DNA from: an uncultured Candidatus Saccharibacteria bacterium | GTDB lineage: Bacteria; Patescibacteriota; Minisyncoccia; Phycocordibacterales; Zambryskibacteraceae | Direction of reading: 5' to 3' | DNA: 64,000 bases | Assembly: GCA_964357635.1 (NCBI GenBank) | Contig: CAYHLZ010000001.1 | Location: 133,166 to 197,165 of the forward strand | Part shown: positions 1 to 9,810 of the stretch, piece after piece | Numbering within the stretch: the stretch's first letter is position 1 | Layout of the letters: each line of letters starts with the position of its first letter | Position numbers and translations under genes: made by a program | The notes under the pieces: generated by a model | What the model saw: the letters and a program-made list of their open reading frames with translations, nothing else | Database searches by the model: none | What the model was told of the DNA's origin: nothing

Positions 1-1105
1 TTCTATAAAGGAGCATAAACAACAGGTATACCGTCTAGTTTGGGCGACAGTAAGCCTTGCTGTTCTCCTTACGTCGTTTCTATTTGCTAATTTCTTTGGT
101 ACTTACTTTGTAGCTTATGAAATAAGTCAGCTTGGTCACGTTGCGGTACCTATTTTCGCCGCTCTTCTCGCTTATATAACCATAAGATTTGACACACTAG
201 AGTCTAGAATTTTGCTGATTGACGTGCTGACTTCAAGCCTTACTATTTTAATATTCTCCCTACTGTTTATCAGAAATGAAGATGCTCAAACCGTGGTTGT
301 CCTTATATCTTTGGCCCTATCAATACCTACGGCTTACACGCTAATGTCGGGTATTAGAAAAGAGGTTCATTCAAGGCAACGTATAGAACAACTAGCAGGA
401 GATCTCAGGCGGGCAAACGAGGGGCAGTCTAACCTGATACACATTATTAACCACCAGATTAAGGGTTACTTGGCGAAAGCGAGAAACATCTTCTCCGAGC
501 TTTTGACCGAGCCGTCCTACGGACCGATGCCAGAGACAGCCAAACCGATGCTTGATGAAGGACTCAAGTCTCTCACTGAGGGAGTGGACTTCGTCAAAGA
601 TTTTCTTGATTCTGCAAACATAGAAAAAGGTTCTTTTGCCTACAGTATTGAGCCTCTAGACTTTAAGGCAATGGTGCTAGATGCGGCGGAGAAACAAAAA
701 GGTTTGGCAAAAGAGAGAGGACTCTCCTTTGAAGTTAAGATTGCCGATGGTGACTACAAAACCAAAGGAGACAAGACCCAGCTCGGACAAGCAACCAGAA
801 ATATGATTGATAACTCTATCCGCTACACTCCTAAAGGCTCTGTTACGGTAAACTTGGCTCGCGCTGGTAACAAAATTTTGTTCTCGGTAAAAGACACTGG
901 AGTTGGTCTCTCGGAGGAACTCAAGCCGAAGCTCTTCACCCAAGGGGGCAGAGCAGAGAACTCAATTAAAATTAATATAAACTCAACCGGCTTCGGTCTC
1001 TCGTTTGTTAAGTCTGTGGCAGAAGGACACAAGGGGCGTGTCTGGGCAGAGTCTGCGGGGGTAAACCAAGGCTCCACTTTCTATATGGAGTTGCCGGTCG
1101 TTTAA
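1..1105 (+). CDS. Sensor histidine kinase, 5'-partial (frame is open back to the window start)
   Basis: The C-terminal HATPase_c motifs 'DNSIRYTPKGSVTVNL...VKDTGVGLSEE...GFGLSFVKS' and the H-box region 'HQIKGYLAKARN' are present. An N-terminal TM segment precedes them. The reading frame of the 212..1105 ORF has no stop between position 2 and 212. Confidence 0.8.
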   Translation, partial: SIKEHKQQVYRLVWATVSLAVLLTSFLFANFFGTYFVAYEISQLGHVAVPIFAALLAYITIRFDTLESRILLIDVLTSSLTILIFSLLFIRNEDAQTVVVLISLALSIPTAYTLMSGIRKEVHSRQRIEQLAGDLRRANEGQSNLIHIINHQIKGYLAKARNIFSELLTEPSYGPMPETAKPMLDEGLKSLTEGVDFVKDFLDSANIEKGSFAYSIEPLDFKAMVLDAAEKQKGLAKERGLSFEVKIADGDYKTKGDKTQLGQATRNMIDNSIRYTPKGSVTVNLARAGNKILFSVKDTGVGLSEELKPKLFTQGGRAENSIKININSTGFGLSFVKSVAEGHKGRVWAESAGVNQGSTFYMELPVV

Positions 1106-1106
1106 T

Positions 1107-1559
1107 ATGGAATACAAAGGGAGAAGCAGAAACATCAGAGCAGTACTCGGGATTCTTAAAAACGAGGTGGACGGAGCCGTGGTGGCGGCCTTTGACAAGA
1201 TGGCAGAGGATTACTCCATGACCTGGATGTATGAGCGTGGTGGAAAGCTTTTTCCTAGTACCGGCAAAAAAGTCACGCAAGAGATGGAAGAAGCGTATTC
1301 TATCAAGGGCAGGAAGTATGACATTAGAAACATTGCAGAGGCGGACAACACAGTCTTTGTTGAACTTGTTGAAAGTTACCCTGACCTAGAGAGTGGTAAG
1401 AAGTATCGCACTCCGCTTGTCCTCGTACTTGAGATGGAGGACGGCAAGATAAAAACGGGTCGCCACTACTGTGACCCACAGGTCTCGTTTATGCACCTGA
1501 CAGAGAAGGAGATAGATAGGGGGCTCAAAGATGCTCCTTCAAAAATCATAATTGATTAA
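1107..1559 (+). CDS. Hypothetical protein, possibly NTF2/SnoaL-like fold
   Basis: 150-aa ORF with weak resemblance to NTF2-like/ketosteroid-isomerase-like proteins. It abuts the kinase gene by 1 nt. Confidence 0.35.
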   Translation: MEYKGRSRNIRAVLGILKNEVDGAVVAAFDKMAEDYSMTWMYERGGKLFPSTGKKVTQEMEEAYSIKGRKYDIRNIAEADNTVFVELVESYPDLESGKKYRTPLVLVLEMEDGKIKTGRHYCDPQVSFMHLTEKEIDRGLKDAPSKIIID

Positions 1560-1569
1560 TAACTACACA

Positions 1570-1587
1570 CCCCTTATTCTCACGAAT
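1570..1587. repeat. Left copy of an 18-bp perfect inverted repeat (ccccttattctcacgaat) flanking arsR; putative operator
   Basis: Its exact reverse complement occurs at 1909..1926. This copy lies in the arsR promoter region and overlaps a local hairpin ACCCCT...AGGGGT. Confidence 0.6.
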
Positions 1588-1614
1588 GAGGGGTATATGA
1601 TATAGTGTGTAAGC

Positions 1615-1881
1615 ATGAAAGAAAAAGAACTTGAAAAAATTTTTAAAGCTTTAGGCAACAGGAGAAGACTACTGATTCTCATTTTTATCAAAAAGAGAAA
1701 AAAGGCAAACGTCGGCGAAATTTCTGAAGCGATAAAACTTTCTTTCAAATCGACATCACGACACTTGAGCATTCTCGTTTCGGCCGGTATTTTAGAAAAG
1801 GACCAGTTCGGGCTATTTTCGATATACTCACTCTCCGAAGAGATGGGGGATATGCTGAAACGCATTCTCTCCTCACTCTAA
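1615..1881 (+). CDS. ArsR/SmtB-family HTH transcriptional regulator
   Basis: The HTH signature 'LGNRRRLLIL...VGEISEAIKLSFKSTSRHLSILVSAGIL' is present in an 88-aa protein. Confidence 0.8.
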   Translation: MKEKELEKIFKALGNRRRLLILIFIKKRKKANVGEISEAIKLSFKSTSRHLSILVSAGILEKDQFGLFSIYSLSEEMGDMLKRILSSL

Positions 1882-1908
1882 ACACACCTCAATTTCCCTA
1901 TAGGACAT

Positions 1909-1926
1909 ATTCGTGAGAATAAGGGG
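1909..1926. repeat. Right copy of the 18-bp inverted repeat (attcgtgagaataagggg); putative operator upstream of the membrane-protein gene
   Basis: Reverse complement of 1570..1587. It lies between the arsR stop and the start of the 1957 gene. Confidence 0.6.
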
Positions 1927-1956
1927 GATAGAGGTGTATTAGAAAGAATAAAGAGT

Positions 1957-2466
1957 ATGGGGGTGACATGTAAACTCTATAATTGTATATTACTACCAAT
2001 GAAACCATATCTTACGCCCAACGAACCGCTTGCCTTTGTGATTCAATGGGGCCTACTTATAGTTTCAATACTTTTGGTTTTTTCTCCGTTTATATACTTA
2101 GGTATTAGAAAGTGGAAGAAACAACTTACTGTCGGTTGGTGGCAGGTAATGGGTGCATATATCGCGTCAGTTGTGATATTCGTGTTCTATATGTATTTTG
2201 CTAGTAGTAAGTTGGGGGATTGGCTAGTAGCCAAGTACCCATGGTTAGATTATCCATTTGTAGAAGCACTTTCCCACTTATTATTGGTATTCCCGTTAGT
2301 TTTAGTACTATCGGTATTTTATTCAACACTACTAATTAGATCAAAATTCACAATATTAAATATAATAGTATCAATATTAATAGCCGCTATTATAACTTGG
2401 ATATTTATTTTGTTGCTACCATATGCGGTAGGGTTGATGCTGGGGTATATTAGAAGTCATATTTAA
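1957..2466 (+). CDS. Polytopic small membrane protein (hypothetical), likely ArsR-regulated
   Basis: 169 aa with 4-5 predicted hydrophobic helices. It sits immediately downstream of arsR and the second inverted-repeat copy. Confidence 0.5.
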   Translation: MGVTCKLYNCILLPMKPYLTPNEPLAFVIQWGLLIVSILLVFSPFIYLGIRKWKKQLTVGWWQVMGAYIASVVIFVFYMYFASSKLGDWLVAKYPWLDYPFVEALSHLLLVFPLVLVLSVFYSTLLIRSKFTILNIIVSILIAAIITWIFILLLPYAVGLMLGYIRSHI

Positions 2467-2472
2467 TTAAAT

Positions 2473-4338
2473 ATGCAAAAAATAACTATTGCAATAGTAA
2501 CAGGACTAGTATTTATACTGCCATTTAATTCTAATGCCCAAACACTTCCTGATCCTATAATCATAGTTCCTGGAATAATGGGTTCGTGGAATTCGGAGGT
2601 TATTTTAAGTAGTAATACTGGTGTGGGTACATGGTCGTTTTTTCCACTAGACCACACTTGGGACAACATAATAAGCGCCTTGGAAGATGCTGGATATGAG
2701 AGGGATTTGAATTTATTTGTTGCATTCTATGATTGGAGACAAAGTAATATTAACTCTGCTACTGACTATCTGATTCCTACAATAGACCAAGCTCTTTTAA
2801 ACTCTCCAACAGGAAAAATAAACATCATTGCTCACAGCATGGGAGGTTTAGTGGCTCGTAGATACATCCAAAGCCATAATTACAGAGGAGATGTTAATGA
2901 ACTAATAATGCTTGGTACGCCAAATTACGGCTCTTCCGATGTATATACTCTTTGGGAGGGGGGTTTTGTACCAAAGAATTGGGATTTTGGTACTCGAATC
3001 TTTGCAAATAACGTAATAGATATTCTAAATATCAAGGATATTACAACAGATGACGAGTATGATACTGTCCATAAATATATTCCTTCAATAGGAGAACTTT
3101 TACCAGTTTATGATTTTTTGGTGGATTCGGAAAATGAGAATAATTTAAAAACATATGATGGTTTAATAGAGGCACAAAACCCATTTTTAGCAAATCTGAA
3201 TTTTAGTGGTACGGGGGTCGAACTCCAAGGTCTTAGTGGTATTACTGTGGTAGCTGGTAGAGGGGAAGGAACTGTTGGGAATATTCCGGTAGTTGGTCGA
3301 CCAGTGCCAGAAACCAAACTTTGGGCAGATGGCAGACCTGAACCACTTTCGCCAGCGCAAGATAATATGGAAGGTGACAACAGAATACTTCTTTCTAGTG
3401 CCCATATAGACGAAATCGTTTTTCCCATATCGCCAGCGCGAGGTTTCTGGGATAAGCTTTTTGCCCTCTTTTCTCCGAAAGTCCACGCACAACTTCCAGA
3501 AGAAGAATTCTTAAAACACATAGAAATAGATTCCAAACACGGCGATTTGCCGACCACCGCAATTGATTATGTTTTTGATGCCCTAGGAATTATTAGACCG
3601 ATAGGAGACTTTGTGCCTCCGCCAGAGCCGGATAACATCACTTCTTTCTGGCTTGCCTCTCCTGTAGAGGTCAAAATTACTGACCCGCAAGGAAGAGTTA
3701 TAACAAGAGATTCAAACAATGTCCCAGATGCAGTCTATACAGGCGAGAGTGATCCAAATGGAGTAAAAATTATAATAATTCCAAACGGACCCTCGGGGGA
3801 TTATGAAATTGAACTTACAGGTATGGCAGATGGCGAGTATCATATGGGGGTATCTAATCTCTCCGACGTTGTTGATGAAACGGTAATAACACAAAAAAAC
3901 GTCGTAGAAGGAGAGATTGTTGAATACACCGCTAATATTAATCATGAAGCACTATCATCTTCTATTAATTTAAGTGAACCAACAGTAACTGAACCTGAAA
4001 CTGATTCTCCAGTCGATTTAACCAAGGCCCTAATCTCAAGGTTGAAAGATTATTATGAAAATGGCGCGATTAGTAGCAAGGGAGTTTACCAGTCTCTTTT
4101 TAATCACCTTAAAATTGCCCTTGCTGCCCTTGAGGAAGTGGAGATTAAAAGACCGATTGGAGAAAAACATCAAAAACTTCACGAACTTAAGGTCGCATTG
4201 GCAAAAAGACTTGCTCAAAAAACGCTAAAATCTTTCATATCGGAGGTAAAGAAACAAAATAGCAAAGATCGCATTACTAATGAAGCGACACAGAATCTTA
4301 TTAGTAGTGCGGAGGCAATTATCATAAAGGTCGACTAA
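2473..4338 (+). CDS. Secreted alpha/beta-hydrolase lipase/esterase (LCAT/PGAP1-like, GxSxG = AHSMG) with a long C-terminal extension
   Basis: Signal peptide 'MQKITIAIVTGLVFILPFNSNAQT', followed by 'IIVPGIMGSW' and the nucleophile elbow 'IIAHSMGGLVARRY'. Confidence 0.7.
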   Translation: MQKITIAIVTGLVFILPFNSNAQTLPDPIIIVPGIMGSWNSEVILSSNTGVGTWSFFPLDHTWDNIISALEDAGYERDLNLFVAFYDWRQSNINSATDYLIPTIDQALLNSPTGKINIIAHSMGGLVARRYIQSHNYRGDVNELIMLGTPNYGSSDVYTLWEGGFVPKNWDFGTRIFANNVIDILNIKDITTDDEYDTVHKYIPSIGELLPVYDFLVDSENENNLKTYDGLIEAQNPFLANLNFSGTGVELQGLSGITVVAGRGEGTVGNIPVVGRPVPETKLWADGRPEPLSPAQDNMEGDNRILLSSAHIDEIVFPISPARGFWDKLFALFSPKVHAQLPEEEFLKHIEIDSKHGDLPTTAIDYVFDALGIIRPIGDFVPPPEPDNITSFWLASPVEVKITDPQGRVITRDSNNVPDAVYTGESDPNGVKIIIIPNGPSGDYEIELTGMADGEYHMGVSNLSDVVDETVITQKNVVEGEIVEYTANINHEALSSSINLSEPTVTEPETDSPVDLTKALISRLKDYYENGAISSKGVYQSLFNHLKIALAALEEVEIKRPIGEKHQKLHELKVALAKRLAQKTLKSFISEVKKQNSKDRITNEATQNLISSAEAIIIKVD

Positions 4339-4368
4339 GGTTCGAATAAACTGGTATTATTAAGAGAT

Positions 4369-5373
4369 ATGGCAGAGAAGAAAGTCTTGGTCTCGGGAGT
4401 TAAGCCGACAGGCAGGCCGCATATCGGCAACTACTTTGGCGCGATGAAACAGTTTGTTGAATTGGGAAATCTATATGAAAGTCACGTTTTCATCGCTGAC
4501 CTGCACGCCATAACCAGTCTCCAGAACGGTAAGGAGTTGAGTCAAAACAGCTTTGAGGTGCTCCTAGACTACCTTGCCATCGGTCTTGATCCGAAAAAGA
4601 TTGCTATCTACAAACAGTCCGATGTGCCACAAGTGACAGAGCTCACATGGATTTTCAACTGCCTCATCACCATGCCGTATCTTGCGCGTGCCCACGCATT
4701 TAAGGCTGCATTAGGCGATTTAACTGACGCAACTCCATCACAGAGACTTCTTGTCAAAAAACTTGAACAATTACCCGAAATTAACGTTGGAGTATTTGAA
4801 TATCCACTACTCATGGCAGCAGACATCTTGATACAAGGTGCTGATGTGGTACCAGTTGGAGCAGACCAGAAACAACACGTGGAGATTGCTCGAGATGTGG
4901 CTTTGAAATTTAACAATACTTTTGGAGAGACATTTAAACTTCCGGAAGCTTTAATAGTAGATAACGTAGCAACTGTCCCTGGGACTGACAGCAGGAAGAT
5001 GAGCAAGAGTTATGGCAACACTATAGAACTTTTCGCCACAGACGAGGAGATAGAAAGAGCGGTGATGGGCATAGTGACGGACTCGGCAGGTGAGACACCT
5101 GAAAATGTATTTAAAATTCACCAACTCTTAAGGTCAAAAGAAGAGTTAGATAAACTCTATGACGCAAATAAGGGTAAATACAAAGTACTTAAAGAAGCTC
5201 TGGCCGAAGATTTGAAAAAGTTTATTAAACCCATGCGAGAGAAAAGAATGGCTCTTTCTAAAGACAGGAAGCAAGCACTAAGTATTCTTGAATCCGGTGG
5301 CAGACAAGCACGACTACGAGCAGAGAAGAAGATGGAGGAGGTGAGAAAGAAAGTTGGGCTAACACTATCATGA
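4369..5373 (+). CDS. trpS: Tryptophanyl-tRNA synthetase
   Basis: HIGH motif 'GRPHIGNYFG' and KMSKS motif 'KMSKS'. 334 aa, ending at a TGA stop. Confidence 0.92.
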   Translation: MAEKKVLVSGVKPTGRPHIGNYFGAMKQFVELGNLYESHVFIADLHAITSLQNGKELSQNSFEVLLDYLAIGLDPKKIAIYKQSDVPQVTELTWIFNCLITMPYLARAHAFKAALGDLTDATPSQRLLVKKLEQLPEINVGVFEYPLLMAADILIQGADVVPVGADQKQHVEIARDVALKFNNTFGETFKLPEALIVDNVATVPGTDSRKMSKSYGNTIELFATDEEIERAVMGIVTDSAGETPENVFKIHQLLRSKEELDKLYDANKGKYKVLKEALAEDLKKFIKPMREKRMALSKDRKQALSILESGGRQARLRAEKKMEEVRKKVGLTLS

Positions 5374-6611
5374 TACAAGGATTCGTACATGCTCTACGGG
5401 CGCAGTCTAAAATAGTTTTTGTTATTGTCAGAAATCTCTCTGGACTAACACAGGTAGTGGTTACGGCAGATAACCCAGAGTTTGAGACGGCAAAAAACCT
5501 TTCTCTTGAGTCAGTTATCAGGGCAACAGGAGAAATGAAGAAGGAGAAGAATGCACCAGGTGGCATTGAGATACATCCTACAAAGATTGAAGTTTTATCA
5601 AAATCAGAACCAGAACTTCCTATACCTGTTGTTACCCTAAAAGGTGGGGAAGAGACAGATGCTCCACTTCGATTTGATTACCGATGGATTGACCTTAGAA
5701 AGCCAGAGAAGGCAAAGATTTTCAAAGTTTGGACGGAGTTTGAAAAAGGTTGGAGAAAGTATTGGAGCGACAACAACTTTATCCAGCTTTACCCACCAGC
5801 GTTTATGTCTACACCATCGGAGTCAGGTTCAGAAGTTTTTGAAGTAAATTACTTTGACCGCAAGGCTTACTTGGCTCAGTCCCCGCAGTTTTACAAACAA
5901 ATGGCGATGGCTGGAGGGTTGGAGAAAGTTTTTATGGTTTCCCCGGTGTTCCGAGCAGAACCTTCCTTTACCACCCGTCACCTTACCGAATTTACTGGCT
6001 GGGACTTTGAAATCTCTTATATTGAAAACTATCATTCTGTTATGGATGCGGAAGAGGGGATGATTGTATCTGGCTTTAAACAACTTCTGGAAACCTTTCC
6101 AGACCTCGGCATAACAGTACCCACACAACCATTTCCAAGAATGACTATGGTAGAGGCCAAAAAAATCCTTGAGAAAGAAGGAGTCCCAAGCCCAGAAGAA
6201 CACGACCTTTCTCCAGAAGAAGAACGCGCTATTTCAGAATATGTAGAGAAAAAACACAAACACGATTTTGTCTTTATCACTGATTACCATAAGTCTAAAA
6301 GCGCTTTCTACCACATGCGACTAGAAGAAGGTTCGGACAGAAGTAGGCGAGCCGACCTACTCTACAGAGGTGTTGAGGTGACAACTCTGGCCCAACGCGA
6401 ACACAGACCAGAAGTCTTAGAAAAACAAGCAAAAGAAAAAGGTATGGATCTTCTACCACTCAAAGACTACATAAACTTCTTCCGCTACGGCTGTCCGCCA
6501 CACGGAGGTGGTGGAGTGGGTCCCGCACGCTTCATCATGAAGATTCTTCTACTACCAAATGTCCGCGAAGCAACCTTCGTTCCTCGTGATGTCAAAAGAC
6601 TGAACCCTTAA
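5370..6611 (+). CDS. aspS: Aspartyl- (or Asp/Asn-) tRNA synthetase, archaeal/eukaryotic-type class IIb, 413 aa
   Basis: N-terminal OB anticodon-binding domain. Class II motifs 'FRAEPSFTTRHLTEFTGWDFE' and 'GCPPHGGGGVGPARFIM'. ATGA overlap with trpS. Confidence 0.8.
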   Translation: MIQGFVHALRAQSKIVFVIVRNLSGLTQVVVTADNPEFETAKNLSLESVIRATGEMKKEKNAPGGIEIHPTKIEVLSKSEPELPIPVVTLKGGEETDAPLRFDYRWIDLRKPEKAKIFKVWTEFEKGWRKYWSDNNFIQLYPPAFMSTPSESGSEVFEVNYFDRKAYLAQSPQFYKQMAMAGGLEKVFMVSPVFRAEPSFTTRHLTEFTGWDFEISYIENYHSVMDAEEGMIVSGFKQLLETFPDLGITVPTQPFPRMTMVEAKKILEKEGVPSPEEHDLSPEEERAISEYVEKKHKHDFVFITDYHKSKSAFYHMRLEEGSDRSRRADLLYRGVEVTTLAQREHRPEVLEKQAKEKGMDLLPLKDYINFFRYGCPPHGGGGVGPARFIMKILLLPNVREATFVPRDVKRLNP

Positions 6612-6663
6612 GCACTAGATACCTGTAATTGAGTAAACTTTCGTTTTATGGTGTAATAGCACG

Positions 6664-8463
6664 ATGCAAATTAAGAATGAGAATAAGACAGAAAAAGCTG
6701 AAATCAAGAGAGGGATAAGGGCTATCTGGCGACACATTAGTCCTTTTAAGAACCAACTCACTTTTCTAGTTGCCTTAGGTCTAATTTCCGCTATGGCCAA
6801 TGGCGCAGTTCCATATGTGACTGGGCGCTTTTTCGATGCTCTTGTGGATCTATCGCAAAACGAAGGAAGTGTGGGGTTAGGAAATCTTCCTGTTTGGGTC
6901 ATCTTTCTTGCTATTTGGACCATCATACAACTCATAGCAAACAATATTGACTGGGTAATGGATAGACTACGTCGAAACGTTGATGACAAGGTTCATTTCA
7001 ACATACTAGCTGAAGGATTTGTTCATCTTCTACAACTACCTCTTAGTTATCATAAAAATGTTCACATAAACGGAGAATTACAAAAGATTTCTCATGCGGG
7101 TTGGAGGATATCGGCGATATTGAGGACAATTATTCAAATTGCCCCTCAATTTCTTAGTATAGTTATTGGTATTGTTTTGGCTGCGAGTATAAACGTAATG
7201 CTTGCCGGTGTTCTTTTGGCTGGGGTAGTTCTCTACACTCTTCTACTGGTTAGGATTTTACTACCAATAGCATCCATAGACTTTGCTGCACATAAAGTTT
7301 GGAATGAAAGTTGGGATGATTCGGCTGCTGCGATACAGCAGATAGAGAGCGTAAAACAAGCCACCGCAGAACCTTACGAATCAAAGAGAGTAAAAAATTC
7401 TTTTCTTGAGAAAACATATTTCTTGTGGCAAAAGATTGAAAAGAATTGGAGCAATGTCAGTTTTTTCCAAAGAACGATAGTGTTTTTCACTCAACTAACG
7501 GTATTTATTTTTTCAGTTAAATTAATTTCAACAGGGGTAATAAGTGTTGGAGAACTTGTGGCACTTAATGGCTATGCCCTTATGTTTTTTGGTCCATTTG
7601 TTCAGCTCGGCTATAGCTGGCAAACGATTCAGAATGGTATCACCAGTGCTACACGAGCTGAAGATATCTTTGAGACTGAGCCAGAAAAATATACTCCGAT
7701 AAACGCCGTTAAGTTAGGTAAGATAAGGGGTGAGGTAAATTTTAAAAATGTTTCATTTAAATATACCAAGGAACAACCAGAGATATTAAAAAGTATCAAT
7801 TTTACAGTCAGCCCTGGTGAAATTGTTGCCCTGGTTGGTGAGTCAGGGGTTGGTAAAAGCACAAGTATTTCCTTGATTTCTGGTTACTACTTTCCTACAA
7901 ATGGGGAAGTACTTATAGACGGATTGAATGTTAAAAATCTTAATTTACATGATTTACGAAAACAAATAGGAGTAGTGCCTCAAGAAGTAGCCTTGTTTAA
8001 TGACACAATTGAAACAAACATTCGTTATGGCTCTTTTGATGCAAATGAGGAAAATATTAAAAGGGTTGTCAAAGAGGTTCACTTAGATGAATTTATTGCT
8101 ACTCTGCCGGAAGGTTACAAAACTCTGGTGGGTGAGAGAGGTATCAAACTTTCTGTTGGGCAGAAGCAGAGAATTTCTATAGCTCGAGCAATGTTACGCA
8201 AACCAGCAATTCTTATACTAGATGAACCAACCAGTGCCCTAGATGCACAAACTGAACGGACCGTTACAGAAGCACTTGAAAGATTGATGCAAGATAGAAC
8301 AACTTTTATCATCGCTCACCGTCTCTCTACTGTCCGCAAGGCAGATAAAATTTTGGTTTTCCAGAAAGGAGAAATTGTAGAAATAGGCACGCACGACAAA
8401 CTCATTAAGAAAAAGGGTGGAGTTTATCGCCATCTCTATGAGTATCAAGTGGGCTTACACTAA
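6664..8463 (+). CDS. ABC exporter, fused permease plus ATPase (MsbA/Lipid A-export-like)
   Basis: Six-TM N-terminal half. Walker A 'GESGVGKST', ABC signature 'LSVGQKQRISIARA' and Walker B 'ILILDEPTSALD'. Confidence 0.88.
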   Translation: MQIKNENKTEKAEIKRGIRAIWRHISPFKNQLTFLVALGLISAMANGAVPYVTGRFFDALVDLSQNEGSVGLGNLPVWVIFLAIWTIIQLIANNIDWVMDRLRRNVDDKVHFNILAEGFVHLLQLPLSYHKNVHINGELQKISHAGWRISAILRTIIQIAPQFLSIVIGIVLAASINVMLAGVLLAGVVLYTLLLVRILLPIASIDFAAHKVWNESWDDSAAAIQQIESVKQATAEPYESKRVKNSFLEKTYFLWQKIEKNWSNVSFFQRTIVFFTQLTVFIFSVKLISTGVISVGELVALNGYALMFFGPFVQLGYSWQTIQNGITSATRAEDIFETEPEKYTPINAVKLGKIRGEVNFKNVSFKYTKEQPEILKSINFTVSPGEIVALVGESGVGKSTSISLISGYYFPTNGEVLIDGLNVKNLNLHDLRKQIGVVPQEVALFNDTIETNIRYGSFDANEENIKRVVKEVHLDEFIATLPEGYKTLVGERGIKLSVGQKQRISIARAMLRKPAILILDEPTSALDAQTERTVTEALERLMQDRTTFIIAHRLSTVRKADKILVFQKGEIVEIGTHDKLIKKKGGVYRHLYEYQVGLH

Positions 8464-8510
8464 CCTCTAAAGTTCTTTCCAAAGAGCCTAGAAACGCCTA
8501 TAATAAAGGG

Positions 8511-9257
8511 GTGAAAGAAGCCTCATATACCGTAAAAACAGACGTTTTTGAAGGTCCTTTGGACCTTCTTCTTGAACTGGTGACCAAGAGAAAACTCTTT
8601 GTAAACGATGTCTCGCTCTCTGAAGTGACAGACGACTTTATCGCCTATTTGGAGAAGCATGATGAGTTTCCTATAGGAGAATCGGCAGAATTTATCGTGG
8701 TGGCTTCCACCCTGATGCTCATAAAGTCTCGCTCTCTTCTGCCGATGATAAAGCTTACGGACGAGGAGGAAGAAAGCATTCATGACCTTGAAAACCGCCT
8801 CGCCATCTATGCCAAGGTAAAGGTCTTAGCAGCAAGTCTCAAAAGTATTTTTGGCAAAAAAATTATCTTTGAGAAAACTCCTTCAAAAAACATGTTGGTA
8901 GTTTTCTCTCCAGACTCTAAAACCGATACAGCAAATCTCTTGTCTGCCCTTGATAGGGTAATAGAGTCTTTGCCGAAGAAGCAAAACCTACCTAAGCTTG
9001 TCGTTAGAAAAGTCATTAGTCTTGAAGAGATGATTACTAGACTCTCGGAGAGGATCTCTAAAGCAAGTAAAATTAATTTCAAAGACTTCCATGCTACAAA
9101 AGGTGCTCTTACGTATGAGAAAAAAGTTTCTATCATTGTCGGATTCTTGGCGATGCTTGAGCTTGTCAAACGTGGTGCTATCCGTGTGACGCAGGAAGGT
9201 AGCGGTGACATTGAGATGGAGAACGAATCTGTCCAAGCGCCCGTCTATGCCAAATAA
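8511..9257 (+). CDS. scpA: Segregation and condensation protein A
   Basis: 'FEGPLDLLLELVTKRKLFVNDVSLSEVTDDFIAYL' is characteristic of ScpA. Confidence 0.85.
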   Translation: MKEASYTVKTDVFEGPLDLLLELVTKRKLFVNDVSLSEVTDDFIAYLEKHDEFPIGESAEFIVVASTLMLIKSRSLLPMIKLTDEEEESIHDLENRLAIYAKVKVLAASLKSIFGKKIIFEKTPSKNMLVVFSPDSKTDTANLLSALDRVIESLPKKQNLPKLVVRKVISLEEMITRLSERISKASKINFKDFHATKGALTYEKKVSIIVGFLAMLELVKRGAIRVTQEGSGDIEMENESVQAPVYAK

Positions 9258-9810
9258 TATGCTTAGTCTAGAATCAAAAATTGAATCAGTGCTTCTTTTC
9301 AAAAACGAGCCAGTTTCCATAACAGAGCTTGGTAAGTGGCTCTCCGAGAAACCCGAGACGATTAAAGAAGCCCTAACAAACTTAACAAATTCTTATAAAG
9401 ACAGGGGTTTGGTGATAGTTTCGGACAAAGAGTTTGTGAGTCTCGGCACGCATCCGGAAGCAAGTGTTCTTATAGAAAATTTACAGAAAGAAGAATTATC
9501 GCGAGAACTCGGCCGTGCCGGACTTGAAACACTCTCAATTGTTCTCTACAAAGGACCGATTTCTCGCCGTGAGATTGACCATATCCGCGGTGTTAACTCA
9601 AGCTTCATCCTCCGCGCACTACTGATACGAGGGTTAATTGAACGCACAGAAGGGACAGAAAGAAGCTATAGTTACAAAGCGACCCTTAAGCTCTTACAAT
9701 ATCTTGGTATTACTCGTATAGAAGATCTACCCGAGTACGAGAACGCCTTTAAGAAAATTGAAGAGTTTAAGAACACAACTCCACTAGAAGAAACCGAACA
9801 AAATGGATGA
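9205..9810 (+). CDS. scpB: Segregation and condensation protein B (the start is probably at an internal Met near 9247)
   Basis: Winged-helix pair with 'LETLSIVLYKGPISRREIDHIRGVNSSFILRALLIRGLIERT'. Confidence 0.82.
   Translation: MTLRWRTNLSKRPSMPNNMLSLESKIESVLLFKNEPVSITELGKWLSEKPETIKEALTNLTNSYKDRGLVIVSDKEFVSLGTHPEASVLIENLQKEELSRELGRAGLETLSIVLYKGPISRREIDHIRGVNSSFILRALLIRGLIERTEGTERSYSYKATLKLLQYLGITRIEDLPEYENAFKKIEEFKNTTPLEETEQNG

Noticed and set aside
677-1280. Several minus-strand ORFs (677..943, 823..1077, 983..1198, 1008..1280) inside the kinase gene, and many similar antisense ORFs throughout the track
   Set aside because: They are embedded antisense to strongly supported genes. Their products are low-complexity or Ser/Pro/Arg-rich with no motifs. 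They are treated as spurious.
4339-4368. T-box leaders upstream of the aminoacyl-tRNA synthetase genes (trpS, cysS, pheS, gltX)
   Set aside because: The upstream spacers are 30 nt (trpS), 38 nt (cysS), 65 nt (pheS) or overlapping (gltX). None can hold a ~200-nt T-box.
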